Source of the DNA: Octopus vulgaris
Taxonomy: Eukaryota
Direction of reading: 5' to 3'
Length of the DNA: 64,000 bases
Assembly: GCA_951406725.2 (NCBI GenBank)
Contig: OX597814.1
Location: forward strand, 116,746,001-116,810,000
The stretch's first letter is position 1; every line of letters begins with the position of its first letter. Shown in pieces: positions 13,427 to 26,629 of the stretch. Under the pieces are notes generated by a model that was given only the letters and a program-made list of their open reading frames with translations, did no database searches and had not been told where the DNA came from. The translations under genes were made by a program, and so were the position numbers.

Positions 13427-13630
13427 CATATATAAATACATGTATGTGTGTGTTTCTGTCTGTGTTTGTACCCTCACCACCGCTTGACAGCCGGTGCTTC
13501 TGTGTTTACGTCCCCGAAAATTAGCGGTTCGGAAATGAGCTTGATAGAATAAGTACTGGGGTCGATACTAAACAAAATCGTTAAAACCGGTGCATGGCCG
13601 CAATTACGTGACTAAAATAAGTAAAAATTA
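13228..13630 (+). mobile_element. SINE-B (tRNA head, CORE-like TGGCACCTTGGGCAAGT, internal TA/TG microsatellite)
   Basis: Collinear with the copies at 28480, 56166 and 62910. Confidence 0.85.
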
Positions 13631-13880
13631 AAAGTTAACTATAAACATGAACGTATCTTCGCGTACTGTTATCACATGATATGCCCAAATCGAACTACAT
13701 CCGGGACATTTCATTTATATACGAAAATGAACAGATAAAGACTAGGATGGGGAGATTACGTATGTGCGGCCACGCCTTCAATGAAACGTAACAAAAGACT
13801 GTACTACTCATCCTTAACATATGTGAGACGATTTGGTAGACGGAAGCTGAAAGAAACTCGAAGCCTATCGTTCCCTATTT

Positions 13881-13936
13881 GTCTCTGATGGGGGAATATC
13901 CCATACTCGGGTATATCCCAGGAACAGCTGTGAGAT
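13881..13936 (+). ncRNA. Degenerate hammerhead motif (three A>G changes in the core)
   Basis: GTCT-CTGATGG-GGGA...TCCC-A-GGAAC-AGCT-GTG-AGAT. Same stem III (ACAGCTGT) as the motif at 202-213. Confidence 0.5.
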
Positions 13937-14018
13937 TTTGAATTTCTTCCCATAATAATATTGTATACGACTTGAGACGTTTGCCTTGCCTTAATGTTTG
14001 CTGTCCTGTTTAACAACA

Positions 14019-14049
<31 letters not shown>

Positions 14050-14082
14050 TGTATGTATGTATGTATGTATGTATGTATGTAT

Positions 14083-14508
14083 GTATACAACCACTCTAAC
14101 GCCCCACCCCCGTACATATCTCTATGAGATATTTAAAAATTTAATATTTCTGATTTTGGTGATCAGTGAATAAATTTCACTGAAAATTTATATATATATT
14201 TACGAAGTCTAGACAGATATCTTCAGCTAGCAGGTCTCTGCAACTCTAGACCGATGATGGGCAAAGACCCTGAAACATGTGTGTCTCTAGATGCAGGCCT
14301 AGCTGTTGGGGGTATTTGTCTCCCCTTCGTAAATATATAAGGACATAGGAAATATGTCGCGGCCGACAGGAAGCGTCGATGCTTCCTAGGCCTAAACAGC
14401 GGTGATGTAATTCCCTTACTGTCACGTTAAGTTGACAGTATACAACCACTCTATCGCCCCACCACCGTACATATCTTTATGAGATATTTAGAAATTTAAT
14501 ATTTCTGA

Positions 14509-14509
<1 letters not shown>
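14083..14509 (+). mobile_element. 355-bp hammerhead-bearing unit plus 72-bp partial tandem copy (retrozyme/pLTR-like)
   Basis: 14083-14154 is repeated at 14438-14509 (period 355). Central hammerhead, no convincing ORF, flanked by (TATG)n and (TA)n. Confidence 0.7.
14238..14296 (+). ncRNA. Type I hammerhead ribozyme (U4C variant)
   Basis: Stem I TCTAGA/TCTAGA extended by CTGCA/TGCAG, core CCGATGA 14251-14257, stem II GGG-CAAAGA-CCC, GAAAC 14272-14276, GTC 14283-14285. Confidence 0.7.
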
Positions 14510-14545
<36 letters not shown>

Positions 14546-15050
14546 ATATGTATGTATGCATGCATGTATGTAGGTGTGCCTGTTATCGTCGCCACCGCTT
14601 GACAACCAGTGTTGTTGTATTTATGAATCCATAAGTTAGCGGTTCGGCATAAGATATTGATAGAATAGGTATTAGGCTTTAAAAAAAAATACTGGGTTGC
14701 AGGGGGCATTCGTTATACTAAAAAAAGAATATTCCGCAAGGAATTGCCCGAACATGGCCGGATTCCCATGAGTGAAACAAGTAAAAGAGTAAAAGAATGC
14801 ACACAAAGGTATACTCACACACAAACACACACACAAAAGTAAATATACATTCCTGCATTACGTATTAGCTACTTCTCATTGTACACGCAATATCTTACCT
14901 ACATTCCAACACTTAATGAATCAGTGAAATATATATACATATATATATATATATATATTTATATATAAAACATTAAATATATATATAACATATATATATA
15001 TATATAAAATATTATATATATATAACATTATATATATATATATATGTATA

Positions 15051-15089
<39 letters not shown>

Positions 15090-15915
15090 CATTTTATATA
15101 TATAAATATATATATAATGTTATTTTACATATTTCTAGTAACAAAGTCGTATATCTATTTTAAGGCGTTACTTGACTTCTAATTAGAAACTTAAAATCTT
15201 AACATCTCGAAGAAATATCGTTACTGGTCGTTGAATTATCGTTCTGGATATGTCGAGATTGGATAAAAAATATTCAATGACATTTGAAACGAAGCCATAT
15301 TGTGTTATGAATCATCAGTGCAGCTTAATTACAGCGTTAATCAAAAATAATTGGTATCAGTAACACATCATGTTGAGATTAGAGAATAATTTAAAAATAA
15401 GAAATAACAACTAATATTAAACCCTTCAAAATCTAAGAAATGACAGAAAAGAGAGATAAAAAATATTTGAAAACACTAATGAATTCTTTTTTCTTTTTGT
15501 TTTTCCCTCGTAGAGAATGACAAGATATCTTAACTCTAAAACAATAGGAATGTAGTTCCCGGAAATTTGTTGAATGAATTAAACTACTTGAGAAGAGTAA
15601 TTAATGATTTGAAACAATCATTATTCTTTAACTAAAAAAATATGGCGATTATAAAATTAACATCGCTGTTTACGTTATACGTAGTATAAGCGTACATAAA
15701 ACTGGGTGAGTAAAGAGTTTCCTTTGATATAGGGTGTTTCAGAATCCGATCATATTAGAACATGTTTTTTCGATGTGGAAATTGGTAAACAAAAACCATA
15801 TATCGATGTATGTGACGCGTTAATCTATGCGTTTATAGAGTACAAATGTATTATTCTTATACAAGAATGTTGTTGACAATGACTTCGAAGTTTCAGCCTG
15901 CTTAGCTAAAAAGTT

Positions 15916-15952
<37 letters not shown>

Positions 15953-16091
15953 GTATACACACGTTCATTTTTTGCTCAGAAAATTTAAGGAAAATTGATA
16001 TGGTCACCATATAACTTATAAGCGCTTCTTATAATGTATATAACATCTATGCACCAACACGACCCTAAATAACACACACAGGCACGTGTGT

Positions 16092-16141
<50 letters not shown>

Positions 16142-16469
16142 CACAACGACCTCGAACCCACAAGAGTAAACAAGAGAGACAGAGACAGGCAGAAACAAGG
16201 AAAATGAACACTATATAAATATTCTTTAAAAAAATTTTTTTTAAGTTTTGTAAATTTAATTGCTTAATTGCTACAGTTGAAAAGTTACAATGTCTGAAAC
16301 CGGTACTGAAATGTTTTTTATAAAAATATTTCAGCATTTTCTATCTTGACATTTTTTTCCATATGTATATATATTTATTTTTAACTTTTATATTCTTAAA
16401 TTAATTTTATGTATCGGCTTATGTTTTTCACTGTTTGATTTGCCTAATAGTGGTTTTATCTCTAATTTA

Positions 16470-16541
<72 letters not shown>

Positions 16542-17218
16542 GCCTTCAAGGCCTTTGAGACTTGAAGACTTGTACAAGTTTTGTTTTTTTGAAGCTTAAG
16601 ACTTTTCATACACCCCATGTATATATAAAGAACGAGAGTGATAAGGGAGATAGATTGATATATTGAGAGATACTTTCATAAATCAAAATTACAGAAACCG
16701 AGACGTATATAGTTGTGCTCCTTAGCGTTTGCTGTCTAACTTTGTAACCCTGCTTGTTTTTCCCTTGTTTTCCTTGCAGGTACTAGTTTAAAACGTTTAC
16801 TTGTTCGTGTGTTACAGATCGCTAAATCAAGCGAGATGCCAGGATGAAATACTTAAGTGACTGAAATCATTTAAGGTGTTTTTGTTTTCCCTGAAAGGCC
16901 GCAGCCCCGTATATGAAGCAAAAAAAAAATGTAAAAGATGATTATTCAAGTTGTGAGGAAATATTGAATGAAGGGGTAATTAATGGATAAATTAGTAATG
17001 ACATTCTGATAAGGAAAATCAATAAATAATATTGTCAGAATGGGTTATTGATTTGGGTTACCGATTTAGGTACACGACCCACAATCTTCATGCGGATCGA
17101 TAAATGGCAATAACCTCTGCGGTATTTGAACATAAACAACCCAAAGCATTTGAATGCTCTTTTCAATATATTTAATCTAATTTAAAATATTATATTATGT
17201 CTGTATATTTTTTAACCA

Positions 17219-17542
17219 TGGAGGCGCAATGGCCCAGTGGTTAGGCAGGCGGACACGCGGTCATGGGAGTGCGTTTTCGATTCCCAGACCGGATGTTGTG
17301 ATTGTTTATTGAGCGAAACACCTAAAGCTCCATGAGGCTCCGGCAGGGGTTGGTGGCGAACCCTGTTGAACACTTTCACTACAACTTTCTCACACTCTTT
17401 CTTCCTGCTTGTGTTGTACCTGTATTTCGAAGGGCCAGTCATGTCACACACTGTGTCACGCTGAATCTCCCCGAGAACTACATTACTCGTTAATTTCCCG
17501 AGCAGGCTGGAACCCATGTCGTCGTAACCGACGGAGTGTCAC
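17219..17542 (+). mobile_element. SINE-C (tRNA-headed)
   Basis: GGAGGCGCAATGGCCCAGTGGTTAG head, body collinear with the 24497 and 57733 copies. Confidence 0.85.
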
Positions 17543-17651
17543 GATTTTTTAACCAAGAACGTTTATAGTTAATATTTGAAGTAATTAGTTCCGGAAAATT
17601 CTATTTTTAGATTTGTACACTTAAAATGTCTATCGTCCATATTCAGGTAAG

Positions 17652-17870
17652 TAAGGCGGCGAACTCGCAGAATCATTAGCACGCCGGACAAAGTACTTAG
17701 CATCATTTCATCCGTATGTACATTCTGAGTTCAAATGCCGCCGGAGTCGACTTTGTCTTTCACGCTTACGGAGCCGATAAAATAAGTATGAGATGAGCAC
17801 TGGGATCGATTTAACCGATATAGCACCTCATCCAGAATTGCTGATTTTGTCACAAAATTTGAACCCAATA
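17652..17870 (+). mobile_element. SINE-A
   Basis: AAGGCGGCGAACTCGCAGAA head, GAGTTCAAATGCCGCC B box region, tail ending CAAAATTTGAACC. Confidence 0.8.
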
Positions 17871-18025
17871 TTTCGGCAGGTAGAAATAAGCCTATGCCTT
17901 TTAGTTAATCCCATATAAAACAGATAGTCTCTGGATTTGTTCCCTGTATATTTCGACATAATTAATACAAAGCTTCAATTTCCCACCAAATAGCCGTTTC
18001 AGCCTATTATTAACATACCAAATAT

Positions 18026-18217
18026 TGACTTCAAATTGTCGCAGAAGTCTAGCAATTTCGAAGAGAGAGTTAGTCGATTACATCGACCCTAGCTCTCGAC
18101 TGGTCCTCCGACAGGATAAAAGGTGGAGACGACCTCGGCGGAATTTGAACTCAGAAGTGCAGACGGCACTAAGTATTTTGCCTGGTGAGCTAACGATTCT
18201 AGCAGCTCACCACCTTA
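18026..18217 (-). mobile_element. SINE-A, internally deleted
   Basis: GACCTCGGCGGAATTTGAACTCAGAA motif and reverse-complement head. Confidence 0.75.
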
Positions 18218-18406
18218 TGCACATCGAATGTTATGTTTAGTTTCTATTTACTTCAGGTTTTCTCAGATTTTTCGTCACACATCTGTGACCTGATCAATAT
18301 ATATATTCCCCCTACCATATATTTCTTGATATTTTCCCAGTACAATTCTGTATATAATATAGTTTAATTCGCTCTTTCAGTTTACTGCACTTAATATATT
18401 AACTGT

Positions 18407-18695
18407 GGATGCACATGGCCAAGTGGTTAGAGCAGCGGACACGCGGTCGAGGGATCGCGGATTCGAATCTCAGACCGGGCGATGTATGTGTTTATGAGCG
18501 AAACACCTAAGCTCTACGCGGCTTCGGCAGAAGGTAATGGCGAAAGTCTGCTGACTCTTTCGCCACAACTTTCTCTCACTCTTTCCTCCTGCATCTTGAA
18601 GCTCACGGTGTCCCGTCTAGGTGGGGAACCTACACGTCAAGAAACCGGGAAACCGGTCCTATGAGCCAAGAGTGGCTCGAGAAGGAACAAACAAC
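18407..18695 (+). mobile_element. SINE-C variant with a different (RTE-like) tail
   Basis: SINE-C head and body, then GGTGGGGAACCTAC...GAAACCGGTCCTATGAGCC tail, shared with 59466-59750. Confidence 0.7.
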
Positions 18696-19675
18696 AAATA
18701 TATTAATTCTTATTAGATGTTGATTATCTACGTAGGCTGTTTTCCCTCTCAGTAAAAGCTAATAAACTAGCATAATTTTATATTCTGACGTTATGCAAGG
18801 TGAGAAACATAATCTGTAAATTATGAGAATAAACTTCTTACACACTGCTGCAACCACAACGCCACATATATATCAACATAGAGATAATATAAATCACACA
18901 AGCATGTGAAATTATAGTCACGAATATACAGATATGTTCTTTCATTTGAAGACTATTATAATTAGATCACTTCGGGGGAAACGTAATATTGAAGGAATGC
19001 TGTCATTTTACGAATATTCGGAAGAATATTATCAGCCATAAGGCAAATGAAATGAGTGGCCAACATGAAAATGTATTTCTATTCAGACATAAATGAGTTC
19101 GTTCCGTATGTATGACCTAATATCAATAACAATTCATTTAGTCGGGAACATATACCAAGCAAAAGAATTGGTAGTTATGAATTGCTGGAAGCTCGAGGAA
19201 TTTACTGATTGAACATGCAAAATCAATTCACGCATTCCTAAAGACATATAACGCTGTATATTATTATACGCACAGTATAAGAAGATCAGGAACAAAGCAT
19301 GCAAATCTAATAACTTTTTCACAGCATATACCCTCACATACTACTGCACACTTGACGACACTACAACATACACTGGCAGACTCACACATACATACATACA
19401 ATTACGCAAAAAATCTGAGATATATCTGCATTGTGTTAACATTCCCAATATCTAAATAACAAATATCATAAGAATAAAATTGTACTCATTCATAGCATTT
19501 CTTACACACTGCAGAGACTTATCTTCAGTACACTATTTTTTAATCTAATTTCCTATAGTTTTTTTTTGTAAAATACGTATGTACAACACCCTGACCCGCG
19601 CATACAGAGAAGTGTACATAGGTTTACATATACTTATGCATGTACAAATATATCTAGATGTATGTATATATATAT

Positions 19676-19890
<215 letters not shown>

Positions 19891-19999
19891 AATATATATG
19901 TATGTATATTCTTAAAGTCTTTTCTTGTTTTATACGTTTCAGCCTAAGGCTGTGGCCGTGCCGGAGCACCACTAGTATAATCACCTTTTCAATAGCTAA

Positions 20000-21460
20000 T
20001 GATATGTGATTGGCTTTTGGCGAAAGAGGGAGTTTGATACTTTTGCTCTACTTTGAGTTTACTACCTTGATATTGGTCCATCTGGCATTGTTGCCTCTTG
20101 AAAACATCTACACCTGCTATAGAAGATCCCTTCAATGTTTTAGCAAGGTGTTAATTGGCCGTGGGGCCTTAAATTCCAAGCTGTTGCAGTACATGATCCT
20201 CACTATAGACGGGAATAGCTGGGCGTTTTGGAAGAGTGCAGTCACGTCCGGTTCTGATGTTAGTATACTTCTGGATGTCAACGTTTGGTACCTACCCGTC
20301 CAGGATCATCCATATGTATATCAATGCATACCTCTCCTTTTCTCGCTGTAAGGAATAGAGCCGTTGATCCATCAGACTATTTCACTGAACCGCCTCAAGT
20401 TCCGCTATTAATCTCACACTGTACGGAGACCACAGTTTCTTGGTTCCTTGTTCTGAAGGTTCTGAAAATCCATCTGGTCATTCGCCTGCACACTGCCACC
20501 ATCTTGCTGATATGCATGTAAAACGAGGCATCCTTGCTCATATCGATCCCGAGATTACACACCGTATGTAATTCCGTGATCACCGCTCCTTTTGGTCCAA
20601 AATATCGGTGTTGCAACTTGTTGGTAGCAATTAGATGGAATTTACCTGCACTGAATTGCATGTTGTTTTCTTCAGATTATTCATATATTGTACCTGAGTC
20701 TTTCTGCAGAAGGTTAGCACCAGAATGCTCCTTGACTGATTGTACTGCTTTTGTGTCTTTGGCTTAGCTAATAAGTGTGTCTATCTGTGTAACTGATGGC
20801 ATGTCTGAAAGAACCACCATGAACACTAGCGGCCCTAATACAGCTCTCTAAGGAACTCCAAACTTTATTACTGTCTCCTTAGAGGGGGCTGCGTTTCTGT
20901 CTTTTAAGAAGTCATGCAACCGCACTCCCACTTTTCCGACTATGCCGAGTGTCCCTAGCTTGTGACGTAGCATCGCATGATCAATCTTATTAAAGGCTTT
21001 TGCAAATTCGAGATAAATCACATCAACGTTTGAGCAATTCGTTAATTGTTCCAACACCCAGTCATGATGCTGCAAAAGCTTCTTGAACGGAAATCATGCT
21101 GGGTCATGAAGAAAGCCATTATCTTCACGGAACGCAAACAGTTTCTTTCTGTCAATGCGTTCCATGATTTTCCTGACACAAGAGGTTAGAGAGATAGGAA
21201 TGTAATTATTAGCATCTGCTCTACGACTTCCCTTATGGGTAGAATATATTATGCCTCCCGTTAACGTTTTGGGGAGTCTCTCAGTTTCGAGGAAACACCG
21301 GAGGAGAATCTGTAGGGGTCTTGCTAGAGCACATTTGCATTTCTATACGAGAATTGCTGGGAACACATTCGAGGCTGAAACTGAGTTTGAGCTTCTTTCA
21401 ACAATGGCTGATGTTAAATCTGCGTCCTCTATTTTGAAGTTATCAATAATTGGCATTCTA
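20000..21460 (-). mobile_element. Decayed CR1/L2-group LINE reverse transcriptase
   Basis: Minus-strand motifs NNYIPISLTSCVRKIMERI, VDVIYLEFAKAFNKIDH, GVP*RAVLGPLVFMVVLSDMP and IS*AKDTK (degenerate YADD), with many stops and frameshifts. Confidence 0.85.
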
Positions 21461-21696
21461 TTGTGTAGTGGTGTGGTATTTACATGTGTATATGTAAATG
21501 AAAATACATAAACACTCACACGCTCATGTATATATATATGAAACAAATCCTGAAGAAACGCATATCTATGTATGTATGTATGTATATATATATATATATA
21601 TATATGTAGTGGAAATATGTAGAATAAAATCGAACGCACGTATATGAACACTAGCACAGCAAGTGTATTAGTTCGACGTTTGGGAGAAGTGAAGAA

Positions 21697-21734
21697 ATCT
21701 TTACGTTTCGAGCCTATGCTCTTCAACAGAAAAG
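21697..21734 (-). ncRNA. Minimal hammerhead-like motif (Penelope pLTR type)
   Basis: Minus strand reads TTTT-CTGTTGA-A-GAGC-ATAG-GCTC-GAAAC-GTA-AAGA. The core has A6>T and there is no stem III loop. Confidence 0.4.
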
Positions 21735-21798
21735 AATAAGAGATAAGAAACAGACCAAGAATGAAAAAAGCTTGTAGAATTCAGCGGTCCACCATGCC

Positions 21799-21839
<41 letters not shown>

Positions 21840-22645
21840 TATAGATATATAGGTTAAAAGTTATATTAACGACTGAGGCTGTATCTCTATTTATATCGAG
21901 AGGTAATACTTATTGTCACCTAAACGTGGGAAGATGAATCGCCGCTTTCTCTAGCGGTCGAGCGTTTATCATTGACAAGACCAAAGAGAGTCGAAATCAT
22001 GTGATCTAGTAGTCTCAGCGCTTGGAATGTAGGGAATTTATCTCCATGCTAGCGATGTAAACAAGAATGCATTTTACATAGAAACCAATATAAGAGTTTC
22101 TCTCATGGTGTCAACTTATTTTGTTTTTTATAACAGAACGTCCACATTTAAATGGGAATGAATAATACCCTTCTGCATTAATATTATCTCTATCGTTAAA
22201 ATATGATTTTTAACGATCTCACTGGTTAATCAGAGACCAACCTTTGTTCTGGCACTATTTTTTCTATATATCGCTGGCGGTCAAGCGTCCGTCATTGACA
22301 AAACCAAGAAAGGTCGAAAGCAAGCATTCATATTACCCTAACCTGATCCATGTAAATCCATAATTTTTACCCACTTGTGTTATTTCTCTTACGTTAAATT
22401 TTCTAATTATATGAATTACAATAGAAAATGAAAAGAAACAAAATTCTTCTTAAATGAAATGTAATAAGATTGAAAACAAAATATATAACTGTCACCTTGC
22501 GTGAAAATTTTATCAAATTTCTCTTTTAAGTTATTTCCTGGGAAATAAATCGGTAATTCCTGCAAGGCATCACTCTTTAATTTGGGAGTCTCTAACATTT
22601 ATCTCGGTGCAAATTTCTTTTTTACTTGTTTCATCTAGTGAATTA

Positions 22646-22646
22646 T

Positions 22647-22728
<82 letters not shown>

Positions 22729-22987
22729 ACACACACATACACACACCCACACTCACACACACATACACACACCCACACTCACACACACATACACATAGAC
22801 GCACAAACACACACACACATCACTCCACGTTATATATATAGTAATTTGCGTGTGTATATGTGTATGTGTGCGTGCCTTGTATGTATGTGTGAGCATTGTC
22901 TTCCACATTCTCATGTGGTATAGCGTGTGGTACTTTTAAACGTACAAACACACACACATACATACACACACAGCCACCCACACACAT

Positions 22988-23018
<31 letters not shown>

Positions 23019-23144
23019 CACACACACGAGCACACACATATAATATGTTTATGCTATATTTTTACAGTTGTCAATATGTGTATACTTGCACATATTTGTG
23101 ACTATGTATGTGTGTATATACATGCATACACACATACACGCATG

Positions 23145-23189
<45 letters not shown>

Positions 23190-23210
23190 CTGTGTGTACG
23201 TGTATGTGTA
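22646..23210. repeat. (CA)n/(TA)n compound microsatellite field
   Basis: Directly visible. Confidence 0.9.
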
Positions 23211-24496
23211 TGTCTTGTGTGAGTGTGTGCCTCTGTGTCCCTGTGTGTACTTAATACGTATGTGGATTGAAGCAATTTGAATTATAAACTTAAGAGTATT
23301 GATATATCATTTCTCGAGACTTGAAATGATTAAAACGAGAACATTAACACCAAAAAGTTACAATAACAACATCGATTACAACATAAGTAGCAACGTAAAA
23401 AAACCGCTGAGTAGCCACTTTATGGGTAAAGTCTGTTCTGTAATAACAGAAATCTACTACCTTATACTGTCTCTGGTATTTTTTATATCAAAACCCTTCT
23501 CTCTCCTAAAAGTACGTCTTTATTCAGTAAAAAATAATTATTTTCTTAAATAATCAATATATACACTAATGAAAGAGAAACTTAAGCGGTAATTCTCATA
23601 TCAACGGTTTCTTCCCTTGTTTGGAATTCATATTAAGTGGTATTGCTATTCGAAAGTAAGTGCAAGTGTATTTTTTCTATTACATGGGATAGTATTCAAA
23701 AGTGGTTTAAAGAGAAATCGGTTTCGGTATTTTCTTTCTTCTGTAAAACTTCCTTACTTAAAACAGGTGATAAAATTTATTCCGGAAAGCATAATTCTAT
23801 ACTAAATTTTTTCCAGTAGAATGCGATTCCTCTTCATTGGTGTAAATTTCATTTTATGGCAGCATACACTAATATTTAGACTGTAAATCAACCAACGAGC
23901 GGCCAGAATTGTTGGCGCACCGGATAATGTGGTTTGCAGCCGTCCTTGAGCTTCATCCCTTTTAGGACCAATGAAATATATACCTGTTGATGTAATCGAC
24001 TTAGTCGCTCCACCAAAATTACTGGCCTTAGGCCAAAATTTGAAATTAATATTTCGACGACATATCTTTAAGCGAAAACGTAATTTTGTATATTTATTTC
24101 CACACATATTTATTTCCAACTTAACCTTATGAACTTTCTAAACTCTCTAACGAAGCCCAGAGGTACACCCAAGTACCTTAATCTTATCTACCAAATACCT
24201 CAGTTCACTGAAGGGATGGGAGTAAATTGGGGTACTATGGTCTCTTGACTGAAACAGCTATAAGATACTATTCTATTTTCCATGCTCTACGTTATATATT
24301 TTAATAATTTCTGGTATTTTTATTTTTTATATATTATATATGTAAAGCATAAGTTATACATGTATGCATATTGTTGTAATTGTTTTTTAAAAAATAGATA
24401 AAGAAGGGAGATTGATGCTTTCCTGAGAGTGGTGCAGGCTGCTTATCGGTGTTTCAGGTCCTATGTGGAACAAATAATTGTGTTGTGGAGTATATC

Positions 24497-24879
24497 GTGG
24501 CACTGTGTCGGTTACGACGACGAGGCTTCCAGTTGATCCGATCAAGCGGAGCAGCTTGCTCGTGAAATTAACGTGCAAGTGCCTGAGTACTGCACAGACA
24601 CGTGTACACTTAGCGTAGTTCTCGGGGAGATTCAGCGTGACACAGGGTGTGACAAGGCTGGCCCTTTGAAAAACAGGTAGAACAGAAACAAGAAGAAAGA
24701 GTGAGAGAAAGTTGTGGTGAAAGTATACAGAGGAGTTCGCCACAACACCATGCCGAGGCCTCGTGGAGCTTTAGGTGTTTTCGCTCAATAAACACCCACA
24801 ACACCCGGTCTGGGAATCGAAACCGCGATCCTATGACCGCGATTCCGCTGCGCTAACGACTGTGCCATTGCATCTCCAC
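24497..24879 (-). mobile_element. SINE-C, near full length
   Basis: Reverse complement of the 17219 family. Confidence 0.85.
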
Positions 24880-25100
24880 TGCGGAATATAATTGAGCAAA
24901 TAAGAGAACATAAACTCCAGCTGCTTCGTAATTTCATCGACTTGAATATATCAATTCATAGGGTTCACTGAAATACATTCAGGAATAGCTTGAAAATCTA
25001 TGGGATCCCGAACAGTTGTATCAACATGCTTAAGTTTCAGTAAAGGAATTCGCAATGATGCGTGAAGACGAGCAGGAGAGCCGATGATATGCTCAAAAGT

Positions 25101-25334
25101 AAGACGGTGGGTTAGTAGAAACGTTAGCACGCCGGGCGAAATGCTTAGCGGTATTTCGTCTGCGGTCATGTTCTGAGTTCAAATTCCGCCGAGGTCGACT
25201 TTGCCTTTCATCCTTTCGGGGTCGATTAAATAAGTACCAGTTACACACTGAGGTCGATATAATCGACTTAATCCGTTTGTCTGTCCTTGTTTGTCCTCTC
25301 TGTGTTTAGCCCTTTGTGGGTAGTAAAGAAATAT
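25101..25334 (+). mobile_element. SINE-A with 14-bp target site duplication
   Basis: TSD ATATGCTCAAAAGT at 25087-25100 and 25335-25348. Confidence 0.9.
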
Positions 25335-26064
25335 ATATGCTCAAAAGTGCAACCGCAGGGAGATAGCGTTCCTACTTGCTGTTTCTACTCCACATAACGA
25401 CTGATTTCATAATGTGGAAAGCAATGGCTAGCACCAATTTTTTGAATAACGTGGGCACTGCGCAAACTGACGGATTTGCATTTCGTAGACGAGTTGGTAT
25501 CACTAAGCACTACTATATATATATATTTACATACACACAGGAGTAACGCAGTTTGCAGCAGGCGTTGGATATTTAGAAATGTTTTTAATTCTTTCTTAAA
25601 CTGCAAATAATATAAATTTTAAGAAAAAATAAAGTTGTCTGGGGTTTTACATTATACTGCAATATTTCACACAAAACCCAGCTAGCAACATTACTTCTAC
25701 AAGGAAATGGTTTTAACTTCGAAATATTGAAATACTAAGTAAAACTACTAGTATTGTATTATTTTTTATAACTTAAATTCCTTGAAATAACCAAACATAT
25801 ATGCATACATATACATTTATAAAGGATTAAAGGCCAGTTTCCTGGATTCTGTAGAAACTGTAGGGGACGCCGATTGATCGCATGGTCCCTCAGTTTCTCC
25901 AGCTGCGTGGATTGGAAAAATGGGGAATGAATTGTTTTTTTTTTCTTCCTCCAGAGCTCAAGGCATCGTTCGGTTCAGAAACCATACCCACAATCTTATA
26001 TCTGAGATCATGAATGCAACATCCTGATCACTAAGCCATGCGCCTCCACCATCAATCAATCAAG

Positions 26065-26171
<107 letters not shown>

Positions 26172-26278
26172 GATTCAGAAGAATATGATACTTAAGTGGA
26201 GGCACCAGAATTTAGTACGGTATCATCCATACAATTTCAAATTAAGGTGATAAAAGTCAAAATAAGCAACAGAGGTAA

Positions 26279-26370
26279 TGCAGTACGATCGTTTCATGTG
26301 ACTCCCTTTAATAGAACAATGCAATCATTTCATTACATCAATTTAAAATGTAGAGCAATCTTCAGCTACA
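26279..26370 (-). ncRNA. Type I hammerhead ribozyme
   Basis: Minus strand TGTAG-CTGAAGA-[long stem II]-GAAAC-GATC-GTA-CTGCA: intact core, palindromic stem III, 5-bp stem I with one G-U pair. Confidence 0.75.
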
Positions 26371-26537
26371 CAAAGACATAGAATTTAATTAAATTAGAAG
26401 AACACATTAGAATGAGTTACAACAACTATGATGTTGTTGGTAAAACATGTTCTTTGTCTATCTCTTTATCATCTTGGAGATTTTAGTTAAAATTATATTA
26501 ATGTGTCCATCTAATTTAATTAAATTCTATGTCTTTG

Positions 26538-26629
26538 TGCAGCTGAAGATTGCTCTACATTTTAAATTGATGTAATAAAATGACTGTATTGTTCAATTAA
26601 ATGGAGTGGCATGAAACGATCGTGCTGCA
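26538..26629 (+). ncRNA. Type I hammerhead ribozyme with cleavage triplet mutated to GTG
   Basis: TGCAG-CTGAAGA (26543-26549)...GAAAC (26613-26617)-GATC-GTG-CTGCA. Confidence 0.7.

Larger units (their letters stand above)
13830..14797 (+). mobile_element. SINE-B split by nested hammerhead-bearing inserts in its internal microsatellite
   Basis: Left part GATTTGGTAGACGGAAGCTGAAAGAA at 13830-13856; right part CCGCTTGACAACC...TGAAACAAGTAAAAGA at 14575-14797. Confidence 0.65.

Noticed and set aside
16740-16860. Strong splice acceptor TTTTCCTTGCAG at 16779
   Set aside because: No recognisable exon product or clear donor; cannot be supported without RNA data.
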